Origin: Dicyema japonicum
Taxonomy: Eukaryota; Animalia; Dicyemida
Assembly: GCA_011109175.1 (NCBI GenBank)
Contig: RDEW01000031.1
Span: 467,216 to 531,215, forward strand
Direction: 5' to 3'
DNA: 64,000 nt
Below are positions 12,557 through 25,919 of the stretch, piece by piece; position 1 is the first letter of the stretch; each line of letters starts with the position of its first letter. The notes beneath the pieces are model-generated. The model had not been told where the DNA came from. It saw nothing but the letters and a program-made list of their open reading frames with translations, and searched no databases. The position numbers were made by a program, and so were the translations under genes.

Positions 12557-13699
12557 CAACGACGTCGATATTGTCGACGGGGTCCACTTTGGATGGTTGG
12601 CTGTGTTAATTTAACTACATTATTGATTTTTTTGAGTTATTAAATTCTATAAAAAATAAAATTCAATTCCTATTTGTTTCTTTTTTATATTTCTAATATT
12701 TNGGGCGGGAAGATATTTGAGAGTGAGTGAATGTCTTGAGAATTCCAATCTTCGCACGTGAGACCCGGTGGCTTCTCCAGTTGATCTCTGCTGCAATTGT
12801 GAAAGGCAACGACGTCGATATTGTCGACGGGGTTCACTTTGGATGGTTGGCTGTGTTAATTTGACTACATTATTGATTTTTTTGAGTTATTAAATTCTAT
12901 AAAAAATAAAATTCAATTCCTATTTGTTTCTTTTTTATATTTCTAATATTTGCTTTAATTCTTCTAATAGATCTAATGAGGACGACATCCTTTCGTTTTC
13001 AACGTTCTCAAGAAGATTCTATTCAATTTCACTTAACTTTTATGCTATTTTATTCTTGTTTAGTGGTTTCACTTCAGTAGTTTCTTCTTAGATGTGCATC
13101 TCATTATCATTAAATAATGATGCTATTTTTTATCTATTAAATTTTTCAAAATAATTTACACAAATTATCCGATTTCAATCAAATCGTGAATATTTGTATT
13201 AGATAATATTTTTTACGTTCAATTTAAAGGTGTGCTAGCACCAGATTTTTTTAGTATTTGAACTTTAATATAGCGTTAACTGTCTGCCAACAAATGTTCA
13301 CTTTAAAACAAAGGAAAATTTATCGGAAATTCTTTGGCATGATAATAAGTTGTTGTCGTCATTATAACGCAGTATTTGCACTTTTTTTCGAAAACGAGTC
13401 TTGTATATCGACCACTAGAATCACAACGAGGAATTCACTCGAATAAAGTTTTATTGTTTTAATTTTTAGTAATTTTTTTAAAACTTTGAAAAATTCTGGC
13501 AAATTTCCACTAAAATTAAAATATTTCTTTAAAAANNNNNNNNNNNNNTTTTTTCTAAAGCGAGTCTTGTATATCGACCACTAGAATCACAACGAGGAAT
13601 TCACTCGAATAAAGTTTTATTGTTTTTATTTTTAGTAATTTTTTTAAAACTTTGAAAAATTCTGGCAAATTCCCACTAAAATTAGAATATTTCTTTAAA

Positions 13700-15700
13700 A
13701 ATGGCAAATCTGAGAATTGGCAAATTTAAGAGAGTTTATTGTAAAATATTTTCCATTAAAAATATTTTTTATTAATAAGCTAAAAATTTGTAACCAAAAT
13801 CGCAGAAAGGACCCAAGAAGTATTGGATGCTCGTAGGATTCAATTCGAATCTTTCCAAAATTGGAAAACTCAGAGGACCATCTGTTACAATAAGCAGAAT
13901 ATGTGGTGATATTGATTAATCTATTTCATTAGAAAATCCAATAAATAATCTCTGTTTCATCTCAATATAAAATAACTTTCTATTTCTTCAATGACGACAT
14001 CCCAAATGTTTATGTACTTGCAGTTTCTCTAGTTAAGTGTTCCTTGTCATCAACCTTTATCTCAATGTTGATTGATTGACCTGAAGCACATTTAGTTAAC
14101 CCTTATTAAAGATTTAGTCTTTTCTAATTTATTAATCTCTTGAACACTAATTTTTTGCCAAAAATATCATTTATATCAAATTTTATACGTGGAATCTAAA
14201 CAGACCACCTCCTAACAAATCCAGAAGATAACTTAATGTGGTCCCTAATAGTCCTTACAAGACAATATAAATAAAATAACTATTAAAAAATCAGAAAGTT
14301 TTTCTTTTAAAAATTAGACCATCAAAGTTATATTCGTCATCATTGGGGACAAAATCGATATCTAATAATTAACCACCAAACTCAAACCAAAATCACTCTC
14401 AGAATCATCATCCAAAGCGCTTTCAAATTTTATCTGCTTGGTCTTTTCGTCCTCTTTATTCGTCGTGGACACCTGAAAATTTATAAACTTTGTACGGTTT
14501 CTTCAAAATTAGGGCACATTAAAGGAGGATAAAATTCAGACGGTTCTTCAATGTTATTAAATAGATCAATTGACATTCCCCCGAAATCATCTTTCATAAT
14601 ATCCTTCCTAGATTGTAAATATGATAATGCGAAGCTACAGTCACAAAACGTGCAAACCGTGGTTTCTCATAATCCTCATCACAAGAATCGCCAAAATCAA
14701 CTTTATTTCCAGCCTCAAAATTAAATCCTCCATCTTTATTATGTTGGCGGCTGATTTCGGTCCAATTTCGGTCTTGAGGTTCTTTGTTCACGCTTGCATG
14801 GAACTCCGCTTCAATTTTTGGTTCAAACCTCTGCGATCTTCTGATTTGAGTTTCCGCATTAGCTTCATCTCTCTTATTCCGATATCTGTCACGAGTTACA
14901 TCATCCCGTCGATCATATCTCCTAGGAGCTTCACGGCTCGAGCGTTCTTGCACGTGGTCTCTTCTATTGTAAGGGGTGTAAGCGGAATATGGCCTCCTAT
15001 CAGGTCTTCCACGTATGGAAGAATGAAAATCGAAATTTGTGGAATAATATATCTTCCCCGACGAAGTTTTAGTAAAATCACATAAAACATCTACAAAATT
15101 AATGGACATTTACTTTCACCAACTGGTCTCTGACTCCGATGAATTCTGGGTCTATTTTGGGGGTATTCATAGACGTAATCCGATCTCGTATCCCTAAATG
15201 ATTCCTCTTTGCGAGGGTTCTCGGATTTGGAGGCAATGTCAGTCCTTCTTGAGTATGGGAGATTAGAATCTGAGTCAAAGTTGCTATTATTATAGGATTT
15301 CGGAGCAATGTCAGTCCTTCTTGAGTATGGGAGATTAGAATCTGAGTCAAAGTTGCTATTATTATAGGATTTCGGAGCAATGTCAGTCCTTCTTGAGTAT
15401 GGGAGATTGGGATCTGAGTCAAAGTTGCTATTATTATAGGATTTTGTCGCAAAGTCAGTCCTTTTAGAGTACGGGAGAATAGGATCTGGTTCAAAGTCCT
15501 CATCATTGTAGGGTTGGTGAACATATCGTGGTTGTTTCCTGTTGTAAGTTCTCCAGCTCTGAATTATAGAGAAATGCAACTGTATTTTTCTGTATTGGGG
15601 CGCGAATGATAACAGAGCCTGAGAAACCCTGCCCATTCTGTTGTGCAGTCAAAATATCTTGTTGGACGGTCTATGTAAAGATTATTAGTACCTTGTAGTA
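13700..15700 (-). CDS. Putative host gene, R/D/S/Y-rich low-complexity protein with an internal 24-aa repeat; boundaries uncertain
   Basis: Consecutive open frames 15091-15636 and 14594-15109, and further coding-like segments to about 13800 (HILLIVTDGPLSF). No family identified. Confidence 0.45.
15237..15520. repeat. 72-bp tandem repeat, 3 near-identical copies plus 1 diverged, coding SYNNSNFDSDSNLPYSRRTDIAPK
   Basis: Unit starts at 15237, 15309 and 15381, with a diverged copy at about 15453; in frame on the minus strand. Confidence 0.9.
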
Positions 15701-16469
15701 TTCCTCGTCTTCCTTGTTTTTTAGGGAAATTTCCTTAATTTTTTCGTCAAGTAGTTTTTCGTTCTAAAGTTAGTTAAAGGATTACTTCCTCATCAATCGT
15801 AAAATTTGACATTACTACTAGAAACTTTAAAATAAATAAATAATAAATTTAAAAATAAAAAATCCATTTAATTTAAAGATTAAAAAGACATATTACAAGT
15901 TAGAATTAAATCTACGTTCGTTATTTACTTTATATTCTCTTTCCCTTTAGCGCATTAAATCGATACCGTCATAATTTTTAATTTGTCCTTTAATTTGATT
16001 TGTTAACTTTTTGTTCTTATATTACTTCCTCATTATTTTTGATAATTCCAGATTTTACTTAAATGTCCACTGATCATAGTGATAAGTCTTTTCATAAGTT
16101 CTCCAATATCAATTTACATATAATTTGGTGTGTTTATGAACTAGTTGTTATTAAATTTGGAATTTAAGGATTTCGAACTCGACAATTTTTATTGCTTAAA
16201 GTTTGATATCCAATGTCTTCTAAGTCTTTGATAATTAAATAATTGTCTTCTTATCCAGTAATTGTTACTGCAGGAAAAATCATCCTTGCAGTAATTCCCA
16301 TTTTTTTATTTTAGTGTGAATGAACAAGTTGGATTCACGGACAAGAAATTCCAAAAATTATAAATATTTATACATTTGGAAATTATAGGCTTTTGTTTAT
16401 ATTTTCAAAATTTTAATTCCAGAGTCTAACGCTACAAAAAAATAGTCAAGTGGTCCACTAATCTAAAAA

Positions 16470-18400
16470 ATCGATTTCAATTTTAATCGATAACTTGTGT
16501 CGCATTTGTTAAACACTGTTAATCGCTTCCAACATTTTCTATTCTTTGCCTTGGTCCTTAGTGTATCTAGATCGTCCCCTAGGCTCAGTTTTGAGAGATT
16601 CTTATTTAGAATGGGTAAANAAAATAGTCAAGTGGTCCTCTAATCTAAAAAATCGATTTCAATTTTAATCGATAACTTGTGTCGCATTTGTTAAACACTG
16701 TTAATCGCTTCCAACATTTTCTATTCTTTGCCTTGGTCCTTAGTGTATCTAGATCGTCTCCTAGGCTCAGTTTTGAGAGATTCTTATTTAGAATGGGTAA
16801 AATAGTTGTCGGTCTTCCACGGAAACGACCGATTCCATAGCAATTGAAGTACACATCAATCATCTACCGGGGGATCAATGTCCAACCGTAGAATGTGACA
16901 AATTCCATCCACTTTTATATTTTTAGATAATTTCTGGCAGTGTCATATAGTTTTGAGTTGTTTTCTTCGTCCAACGAATTCCAATTACTTTTAGGAGTTG
17001 ATTTTGGTGGAATGAATCCAGTTTTTATAGCTCTCAGAAATGATCAATGTCCAACCGTAGAATGTGACAAGTTCCATCCACTTTTATATTTTTAGATAAT
17101 TTCTGGCAGTGTCATATAGTTTTGAGTTGTTTTCTTCGTCCAACGAATTCCAATTACTTTTAGGAGTTGATTTTGGTGGAATGAATCCAGTTTTTATAGC
17201 TCTCAGAAATATCCCAAGTCCCAAAATGGTAGGTTAGGAGTGGGAGAACGAAAGTATTGAAAATTCTCCCGTTTTTGTTATGAAATTAACTTTGGTAAAT
17301 GTGACCACATTTTCTTTAATGCGACCGTTGCTAAAATCTTAACATTTATTACATCTTCTGAGTCTCCTAATAGTGATCTCACCTTCTTCGTGCTCAATTG
17401 ATTTCGTTTTTCATGATTGATCTTGACTGTTTATTCTGGGTAGACGATTAGTAACCTTATTTCAGATGTGGAGGGAATTGTCTACATTATGTGTTAAAGT
17501 ATTCGTTCATCATCTGGAGTAAGGTTGGTATCACCCACATATATAATTAGTCAGCTTCTTATTGTACCCTGAATTCTCTTAGAGCGACTTCAAAATAACA
17601 AAACGGGCGAAAGTGAACCACCTTGTGGGACATCACATATACGAAAGGGTTTATTCTGAATATTCCTAATTCTTACAGATAGGATAGCACATCAACATCT
17701 TCAGGGACGATCATAAGTTTAGCTTTTTTCAGTGTATCAAAAGCCCGCGACATGTCTAAACTGAGGATATATTTTTTTGGTTTTTCTGGCAAATTGCATA
17801 AATATGGCATCCTCTTTTCAGTGTATCAAAAGCCCGCGACATGTCTAAACTGAGGATATATTTTTTTGGTTTTTCTAGCAAATTGCATAAATATGGCATC
17901 CTCTTCCTTGCTGTGAGTATTTGTAGCATCTTTATTGAGATTTTTCTTCATAAGAGTGTTGAATTCTGAACATTATATTTCTCAAGATTGTTTGTAGTTC
18001 TTCTGGTGGATCCAATAATTTCATATTCTTTTCAGTATAAAACAAGCAGCTATCAATTTTGGTCAGTATTTGTTGTCAATCCACCATTCGCTCTTGCTTG
18101 GGTTATTAGGTCACATTTATATTTTCTACAAGGATAAGTCTATTTGATTGTATAGACTGGGTTACCATACTCATCAGTACATGTCATGTTGCGTGTTGAG
18201 ACGCAGTAGGTTGTAATAATTAAAATGTATTGCCAATCCAGCCTTTACGTTCCAGTCACCAGCATTGAATACCAAATAGGTAGAAAGGACTTCTTTGTAG
18301 ACAGATATGAGTGAGGATTAGAAGTATTGCAACGATTCAGGGTTTTTAGTAGCCTTCGCCTTTTGTTGGTGGATATATGTTGATTAGATTCTGTCTATAG
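16470..18400 (-). mobile_element. Degenerate RTE-clade LINE
   Basis: The 3' end reads RGRPTTILPILNKNL..DDLDTLRTKAKNRKCWKRLT. RT remnants DMSRAFDTLKK and PQGGSLSPVLLF lie at about 17580-17770, with endonuclease remnants at about 18250. Confidence 0.7.
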
Positions 18401-18689
18401 TGTCTTGCTGAATTGAGAATCCGAAATCGCAATGACAGCCCGGTTGTAGAAAAAATGTATTTTTCATATTTCTCAATCATGTGTTCGGTAACTTTATTTT
18501 TTGTCAACAACAGGTATAAACACTATTACAATAAATACATCGAAAAACTTACGTCCTTTCTGGGTTTGTTTAAGCCTTCTGACATTGAGTGTTCCAATAG
18601 TGAAAAGAATAGGAAAAATACATATGTGCGATAGAGGCACGTCACCACTTCCGGCGAAAAATAAGCCAATTAATTGTTTTTAAGAAACA

Positions 18690-19240
18690 TGTTTCAGAGG
18701 ACATAAAGGAGATCAGGACTGTTCTAAATAATGTTTCCGGAGCATTTGCAGGATGGTTTCTGAAAATGAACAAACAAAAAACGTAGGTCGCAATTGTAAA
18801 AAAGAAACTCAATTGACACGAGAAATGGAGAACAAAGTCGGCTCACTACTCGGTGATCGGGAAGATGTTCAGTGAAACATTATCGATTTTTGCACTTAAA
18901 AGACTAAAGTAAACGTGGCTAAAATATTCACACGTTTAACATCCAAACGGTGCGTCTATATAATGCATTTATTTTGCCTATTTTGCTGTACAACTCAAGA
19001 ACGTGGGGTTTGAATCAAACTTGTACTGAATACCTGAATGCTTTTCACAGAAAACAACTGAAATCCCTATTGGATATATGCTAACCGAATCCATAACGGT
19101 GCGTCTATATAATGCATTTATTTTGCCTATTTTGCTGTACAACTCAAGAACGTGGGGTTTGAATCAAACTTGTACTGAATACCTGAATGCTTTTCACAGA
19201 AAACAACTGAAATCCCTATTGGATATATGCTAACCGTAAG
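18690..19240 (+). mobile_element. RTE-clade LINE fragment
   Basis: RLYNAFILPILLYNSRTWGLN..YLNAFHRKQLKSLL matches the RTE C-terminal region. Confidence 0.7.
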
Positions 19241-19799
19241 TGATCAGTAGGGCGAATTTTATTTTGACTTCATAAATCTGAAATTTTGACCTAAAAATTA
19301 ACTTTATTGAGAGGCAACGCAACGTCGATAATGTCGGCGGGNTCCACTTTGGATGGATGGCAGTTTTAAATATGCTTTACTGGGGATAAATTAACTGATT
19401 ACTTTATTGACTTTACAATTTCAAGATAAATTTATCCACAAAAAAAATTTTTTTAATATAAAGAAAAACTAATCAAAATCTTTATTAAAATACAGAATAA
19501 TGTAATGTAAAAGGGCCTCAAGAGGCGTAGGTCCGGGTCGATGATCTTCACAAATCCAACGCTCCGTTGAATGATGATAATTGATCTCACGCAAGTATTT
19601 TATTTAAAAAATCAAAAAATTAAAAAAATTAAAATCAATAGAAATTTTGACTTTATTGGCATAAAAATTAAATTGATTAATATAATATTTTTGACTAAAA
19701 ACTACTTTTTAATAAGTTTTAAACAATTTTAAAGAACATATAATTTTTTGACTTTATTGACAAAAATTACAATTTAACCGTTTTTACACTTTACGAGCA

Positions 19800-21027
19800 C
19801 TCATGTTAAGTACCTTCAAGTATTCTCTTGAATGGCATAATGTGGACCATGTGTTACCCAGAGATCTGATAATAAGTCATTGAGTCGTCAAAACTCTTTG
19901 ATGTGTTTCACATTCAATGCTAAAAATTTCCATTGAAAATTCCCATTAAGATCCATCTCACGTGACTAAGAAAACTTACACACCACCTCCCAACTCTTGA
20001 GGGACTCATCATCTGGATGACACAAGAGCATTATTATATTAAATATTATTTGCATGAACACAATATCATATCTTCTGAATGGTAATCCTCACCAAATCTC
20101 TTTTCCAACTAGTAATTAGTGATTCGTCCACGGATGACCACGTGACTGAGATTTGGCGTGGATATTCAAAGAATTTGGAAATATCGCCAATGAGATCAAA
20201 TTTGAAGGTAAAACTTCAATATAAAATCAAACCAACCATCGATTGAACATAAACCAATAACGGTTAAGCCACGTGAGCAAATGAAGGTTGTTAGGTACGA
20301 TTCTACTCCACTTTCTCACATAATTGGAAGGGGGTGACTTTAACGGCTCCACGGCATTTGATCGGAAAACATTGATTGTTTTCTCAACCAGAACGGTGTA
20401 GTCAGCTTTCNTTAATGATTCGTCCACGGATGACCACGTGACTGAGATTTGGCGTGGATATTTAAAGAATTTGGAAATATCGCCAATGAGATCAAATTTG
20501 AAGGTAAAACTTCAATATAAAATCAAACCAACCATCGATTGAACATAAACCAATAACGGTTAAGCCACGTGAGCAAATGAAGGTTGTTAGGTACGATTCT
20601 ACTCCACTTTCTCACATAATTGGAAGGGGGTGACTTTAACGGCTCCACGGCATTTGATCGGAAAACATTGATTGTTTTCTCAACCAGAACGGTGTAGTCA
20701 CCTTTCACGGAATTGCTATAAATTAAAAATTATGACAAACAGCTTTGATTTGATGAGATTTATTTTGTAATATAGTTCAATGTTGAGTTTATTACGCAAC
20801 TTTTCTCTCGGAAAGTCAAATTCAGAGTCTTCAATTGACGTTTTTTGTTCTATCAGATTCTCGATGTTCGCTAATAATTCAGGAAATGTGTTATTCATGA
20901 TCTAATAAATGATATAAACTTTTACTTCAACATAAGAGTCAAAAAAGTTATCAATTTCGTGTATACACTCTTTTATAGCAATAAATACGGAGCAGTCCAA
21001 GTCTTCTCCACGTCCAATAGAAAGCAT
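19800..21027 (-). CDS. Putative multi-exon host gene of unknown function
   Basis: ATG at 21027 gives MLSIGRGEDLDCSVFIAIKECIHEIDNFFDSYVE, then a 24-nt GT-AG intron, then IMNNTFPELLANIENLIEQK. Further coding-like frames run to about 19800. Confidence 0.4.
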
Positions 21028-21199
21028 ATGATTTAAATTAAAAATAAATTAATTTAAACAATTTATTAGTTATAATAAACTGTTAAGTCCATTCTTAGTA
21101 TAATTTTATAAATTTAAATATTTGCATTTGCATATTCTATGTTATCGTAGTCTTCTATATTTCTGTGGATATTTTTTTGTCCATCAATTTTTTCTGATA

Positions 21200-21896
21200 T
21201 TGGATGAAATCCTTCATTCTTATTTTAAACGAGGTGGCTATTAAGTTGGAGTTTTTACATTTAAAGCTAAATGTCCCACACCAAACTCCCACACTTTGAG
21301 CCGGATTCAATCCCAAATATGGTGGGTCCCTTAATGAAATATTTCTTTATTTTTGTGAAATTCCATGTATTGACGAGTCTATTGCCCTCGTTGGTCTTAA
21401 GTTGTATGAATTGAAGGAAATGGATAAAATATACTTTCCAGCGATGCACAGACGCTCAGTAAGGTCACTCGGGACGATGCCCACTGTGTAGTCCTCTACC
21501 ATATAAAGACAAGAAACCGTCAGGAAGGTCTTCTGTATGGACATTTATGTTCTCATAGGCACTGGGTAAAATAAGTTCGCAATGAGTAGATAATACCATT
21601 CATTGCAGGTTTTTTTATCAGCAGCCTTTATGTGGATTTGTCTACCATCTTTCAGCAGAAGTGAGAACTTATTTGAACTCTCAGGGAAGGTGAACGACTC
21701 ACAAGCCTCCATATTTGCTGGTTCAATGACAGTAGCTTCCATCTTTTCGATTCTATTTCCTTTGCAAATTACTAGTTTTGAGTATTTCTGTTCTTGGTAT
21801 CCTCATCAGCCCACACTGACTTCTAAACACTAAAATATCCAATCAGATCAAACGGTGGTCTTCCATAATATCACTGGTTGTGATTAAAACGTCCAT
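21200..21896 (-). CDS. DOK/IRS-like adaptor (PH plus IRS-type PTB); the PTB frame is disrupted or uses unresolved introns
   Basis: PH end FSLLLKDGRQIHIKAADKKTCNEWYYLL; PTB-like YTVGIVPSDLTERLCIAGKYILSISF / NRLVNTWNFTKIKKYFIKGPTIFGIESGSKCG / GTFSF in alternating frames. Confidence 0.6.
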
Positions 21897-22109
21897 ACTA
21901 CTTTCTATTCTAAATTCCTGATCAACCATAAGCCTATTATTTAATATTCGCATATTTTATTCGATTTATTAGACATATTTAATTATTAAATAAATATTTT
22001 ATAATTTTTCTTGACTATTTTTAGTCCTCTTCAGAGCATTGGACAACCCACATGTCGATCTTAAGTCGTCGACAATATTACAAATTACCTCGGTCGGAGG
22101 CGTTGTACA

Positions 22110-22590
22110 CTTATATGCAAAACCACAATATTTTTTGGGGTCGATCAATAAATACATGTCTCCATTGTAAGTCAGGGAACATGTCGGTTGATCATTTAGT
22201 CACTCGGTACTGATCTATGCTCTGCCATGACTATTGTGGAGGCATAACGAGGTAGTAAGAAGTCTTTATCTTCTACTATGCAATTAAGTATGGTATTCGC
22301 CACACCAGAAAGTTGCGGACTCATAAGGTGCAATCTGTAGTAGATAACACCAGAGTCCAAATCAAGGTAGACATCATAGAAGTTATGCATTACGTCTCAA
22401 GACTATTTGCAGACTGTGGAGGAAAAAGCAAGTATGACCTACTTGCAATCGAGATGGAGCAGATGCTTGGTTGCAAGGTCCTCGTCATTCCAATAGTAAT
22501 GACGTGGGAAGGAATTGCAACAAAGTACCACAAGGGTTATCTAAAACAGTTAAGGGTAGATAGGAAGCTAACTTTTTTTATTTTTGGTTA
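22110..22590 (+). mobile_element. R4/NeSL-like (microsporidian-type) LINE 3' fragment with CCHC and RLE
   Basis: NIFWG..CLHCKSG..VDHLVTR..HDY..RHNEVVRSLYLL..RKLRTHKVQSVVDN..KYDLLAIEM..VIPIVMTWEGIATKYHKGYLKQL. Confidence 0.8.
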
Positions 22591-22649
22591 AATAAAGTGG
22601 GTTTAAAATAGATAGATACTTTATTAACATAACAAACTCGTTACTAATT

Positions 22650-25600
22650 AAAAAGGGAGAAGCCACGAGTTGTACTGGTTGATGAGGTCTGGTTTAACGA
22701 GACACCATATATCTCCTCTTTCAATTATTGACCCCTTGCATCCAACAAGAATTATTTTTTCAAGTGGTGCAATATTTCTCAATGGATCTTGCACGTCTCT
22801 TATCACTTGGCGGTAATTTTGACTTTAAATCAAGTTCATATGCCAGTTTAATAGCATATCTCCTCTATTTATCGAGAAGATCTACAATAGTATTTCTCCC
22901 ATCACTTTCAAACCATCCTTGGAAGCCATAAATCAAGATGGTTCTATACAAGCTGTATGCACATAAAGAAAAGTTTCCGGACTCAATTGAAAACGTAGAA
23001 GCGATTTCAACATCGCCGTAGCTTTTTTCTTCTTTTTCTGATATAATTAATGAAGGAACCCTTCGAGTTCACACACACCAAGATATTGTAACTGTTCCAT
23101 GCATTTGATCGCTCCAGTATCAATACAATTTTTTGATTTATTCTTGAAATTCACAATCCATGGAGCAGTACACTTTTCAAGAGATAATCCATCTATTAAT
23201 ACTAAGATCGAGCAAAAGAATATCATCGTCATATATTAGCATTTTCGAATTTAGGTGTTCTAACTTCGAGATGTCACACATAACACAATTGAATAAAAGG
23301 GGACTTAAGACAGACCCATGTAGAACCCCTCTTTTTAACAAAATTTTCTTCGATATAGGATCTCCAACACGTATAAAAGATTTTTTACCAGAAAGAAAAT
23401 CCTTCATCCACACTAGAAGCCTTGCTCCCAACATTAAAATTTGACAAAGTTTTCAACAACCCAGCATGCCAAACGCTATAAAGCCTTTGATATGTCTAGA
23501 CCAGAGGTTGTCAAACGGTGTGCCGCCTGCCAAATACAAATTTGAATAAATTTATATTCATTTTTTGACCTAATTAATTTAAAAGATAAACAAATTAAAA
23601 TAATTACTAAAATTAAAAAATAATCATTTTTTATTATATATTAAATGACATTTTACATTGGTTAACCATTATTTATTAATTATTTAATAACGTGCGCATC
23701 AACGTGCTAATGGGTAAATCAGTTGTCGTTCTTATAAAAATTCTTATTTGTCATTTGGATTTATATGCAAAGATAAAAATGAACTACCTCAATGTCTAAT
23801 TTGTATGGAAGTCTTGGCAAATGATGCTATGGTTCCTAGCAAAACTAAAGAGGCATTTCACTTCCAAGCATCCGGACTATTCCGAAAAATCTGCGGATTA
23901 TTTTATCCATTTGAAAAAACAACAACAAGTATTATTTTCAGTTTTTACTATGAATCGTAGATCTAGTCAAATGATGTTCAGTGAAACTTTTGTAAACACA
24001 AAGGAATCATTGAAATGTTCATACCTGATCTCAGAATTGATAGCAAAACAACTAAAACCTACACTATTGGCGAAAACTTGATAATCCCTGCTTGTCGTAT
24101 TATTGCTCGGACTATGTTTGGTCATAAATATGAACAAAAAATAATGAAGATACCTTTATCACATAACACTGTTTCTCGTCGGATTTGTGCTTTGTCGGAG
24201 AATATTGATAATAATGTCTCATTTTCTATTAAAGAAACTCGGTTTTCATTACAACTTGATTTTCCTGACTTAGAAATTGAAAAATTCGATTGGGTTATTG
24301 TTTAATATTTTTTAGATACGAAATCCTTTTCTTGTGTCAGAATAAAAAACACTTATCTGTTAAAGAAAATGAAGAACCTATTGCACTGTTTAATGATCGA
24401 TCCTTAAAAATTAATGATGACAGAGTTCGACATTGGAGAATTCTGGATATATATTCGAAACATATATCCCAGTTTATCAAAACAAGCACTGACCATAGTT
24501 TACAGTTTTCAACGACCTATTTATGCGCAACAGGTTTTTCTACGCTGCATAATATGAAATGTAACAACGTGGAAGTTTGAGAAACATTTGATGCTGAAAT
24601 GTGGGTGGCTCTGTCAACAATTCGACCTGATATTGATGATATATGCAAAAACAATAATTATTAAGATTTCATTTTTTTATTAATAAAATTTGGGCATTAT
24701 TTACAATTTTAGTATTAGTTTTACACATCTTAAAAATTTTATTTTTTATTTTTTTAATGTGTGCCGTGGATTATTTTTTTACGATAAGTGTGCCGCGAGA
24801 ATTATTTTTTGAAAAGCTCTGGTCTAGACATACGGATGTAAGACATTCTCTATTCTTTTAGCAACACATATAAATTTGATAATACTGAGAAACAGTCTCC
24901 AGTACCCTCTAGTGGGACGAAAACCCACTGATCATCAAAAATAAATTGTTGTCTTTAACGAATTTGATAATCTGTTGAAAATGATTTTTTCCATAATTTC
25001 GATATACTGCATATTAGGCTTATTGGCTATAGTTCTCTGGATTTGAACGAGCTTTTCCCTTCTTCGGGATCATGCGTACAAAATACTTCTTCCAAGTAGA
25101 AGGAAATGTCCAGAACACCACGAAGAATTAAATAAAGCCCTGACGTTTTTCAATAATGGTATTCCAGCATTTTTTGAGACAGTCAGGGGAATAAAATCCC
25201 AACCCGGAGCTTTATTTTTGCATCCATTAATAGCAAGATTATCTCCTCCATAGTAAATCGTACCACACAAAGGCCCCTCCACAAGCGGGGATGGCTCCTC
25301 TTCAAAAAACTAGTTTGTATGCCTCGGGGAATAATTAACAGAAAATCAATTCTCGTACCTCTGCGAGCTCTTGTCTTAAGACATCTGGAACTTTTTCTTT
25401 CGGGATCCAAAAGACGTCACGAGACTTTAGATTTATCTCTTCATTTTTTCTATCCAAAAAATTCCATTTTCGATAAAAGTTTCCAGAATTTAGGATTACT
25501 ACGATAGAGTTTTGAGCATTCTCTCCTTCATCTATCTTGTTCAATACTTTTTATACTTCGATCAATTCAAACTTGATCCTCTCTTTGAGATGGTTAGAAT

Positions 25601-25900
25601 TTTGTGGATCCCACATAGTTTCAATTTTCCTTTCAAATTTCTCATTTCACGAAGCAAACGACATTGCTCCCCATTTCATTAATTTATTTCTATGCGGAGA
25701 AAGAAATCTCCTCCTTCCATAATAATCAAGATAGTTTAAAATAACATTTCTTAATTTTACATTTAAACTATCGATATCCACATGATTTAAATTTTCAATA
25801 CTCAAATATTATCCAACTTCATAGAAATTTATAAGAATTAGAATGAGTCCAATCAATAGAAATCACATTTAGTTTTTAATTGAAAAGTTGTTTTACAAAG
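22650..25900 (-). mobile_element. Jockey/I-like LINE ORF2, degenerate, split by a hAT insertion
   Basis: KNKAPGWDFIP (about 25200); CLDISKA..SVWHAG is restored across the hAT; GVLHGSVLSPLLFN..YDDD (23230-23320). Confidence 0.75.
23502..24821 (+). mobile_element. hAT (Charlie/Buster-type) DNA transposon, internally deleted
   Basis: Imperfect TIRs CAGAGGTTGTCAAAC / TTTTGAAAAGCTCTG, and a perfect 8-bp TSD GTCTAGAC at 23494-23501 and 24822-24829. Remnant transposase PQCLICMEVLANDAMVPSK..LKRHFTSKHP, TIGENLIIPAC, IPLSHNTVSRRI, STTYLCATGFS. Confidence 0.9.
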
Positions 25901-25919
25901 CTCTTTCTAACTGACGAAA

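Noticed and set aside
12555-12610. HDV-like ribozyme or spliced-leader RNA interpretation of the hairpin motif
   Set aside because: No P1/P1.1 pairing or catalytic C-R-A junction, and no AG|GT donor with an Sm site. Kept only as an unidentified motif.
15237-15520. CRISPR-like array
   Set aside because: Head-to-tail 72-bp coding repeat with no unique spacers, in a eukaryotic context with no cas genes.
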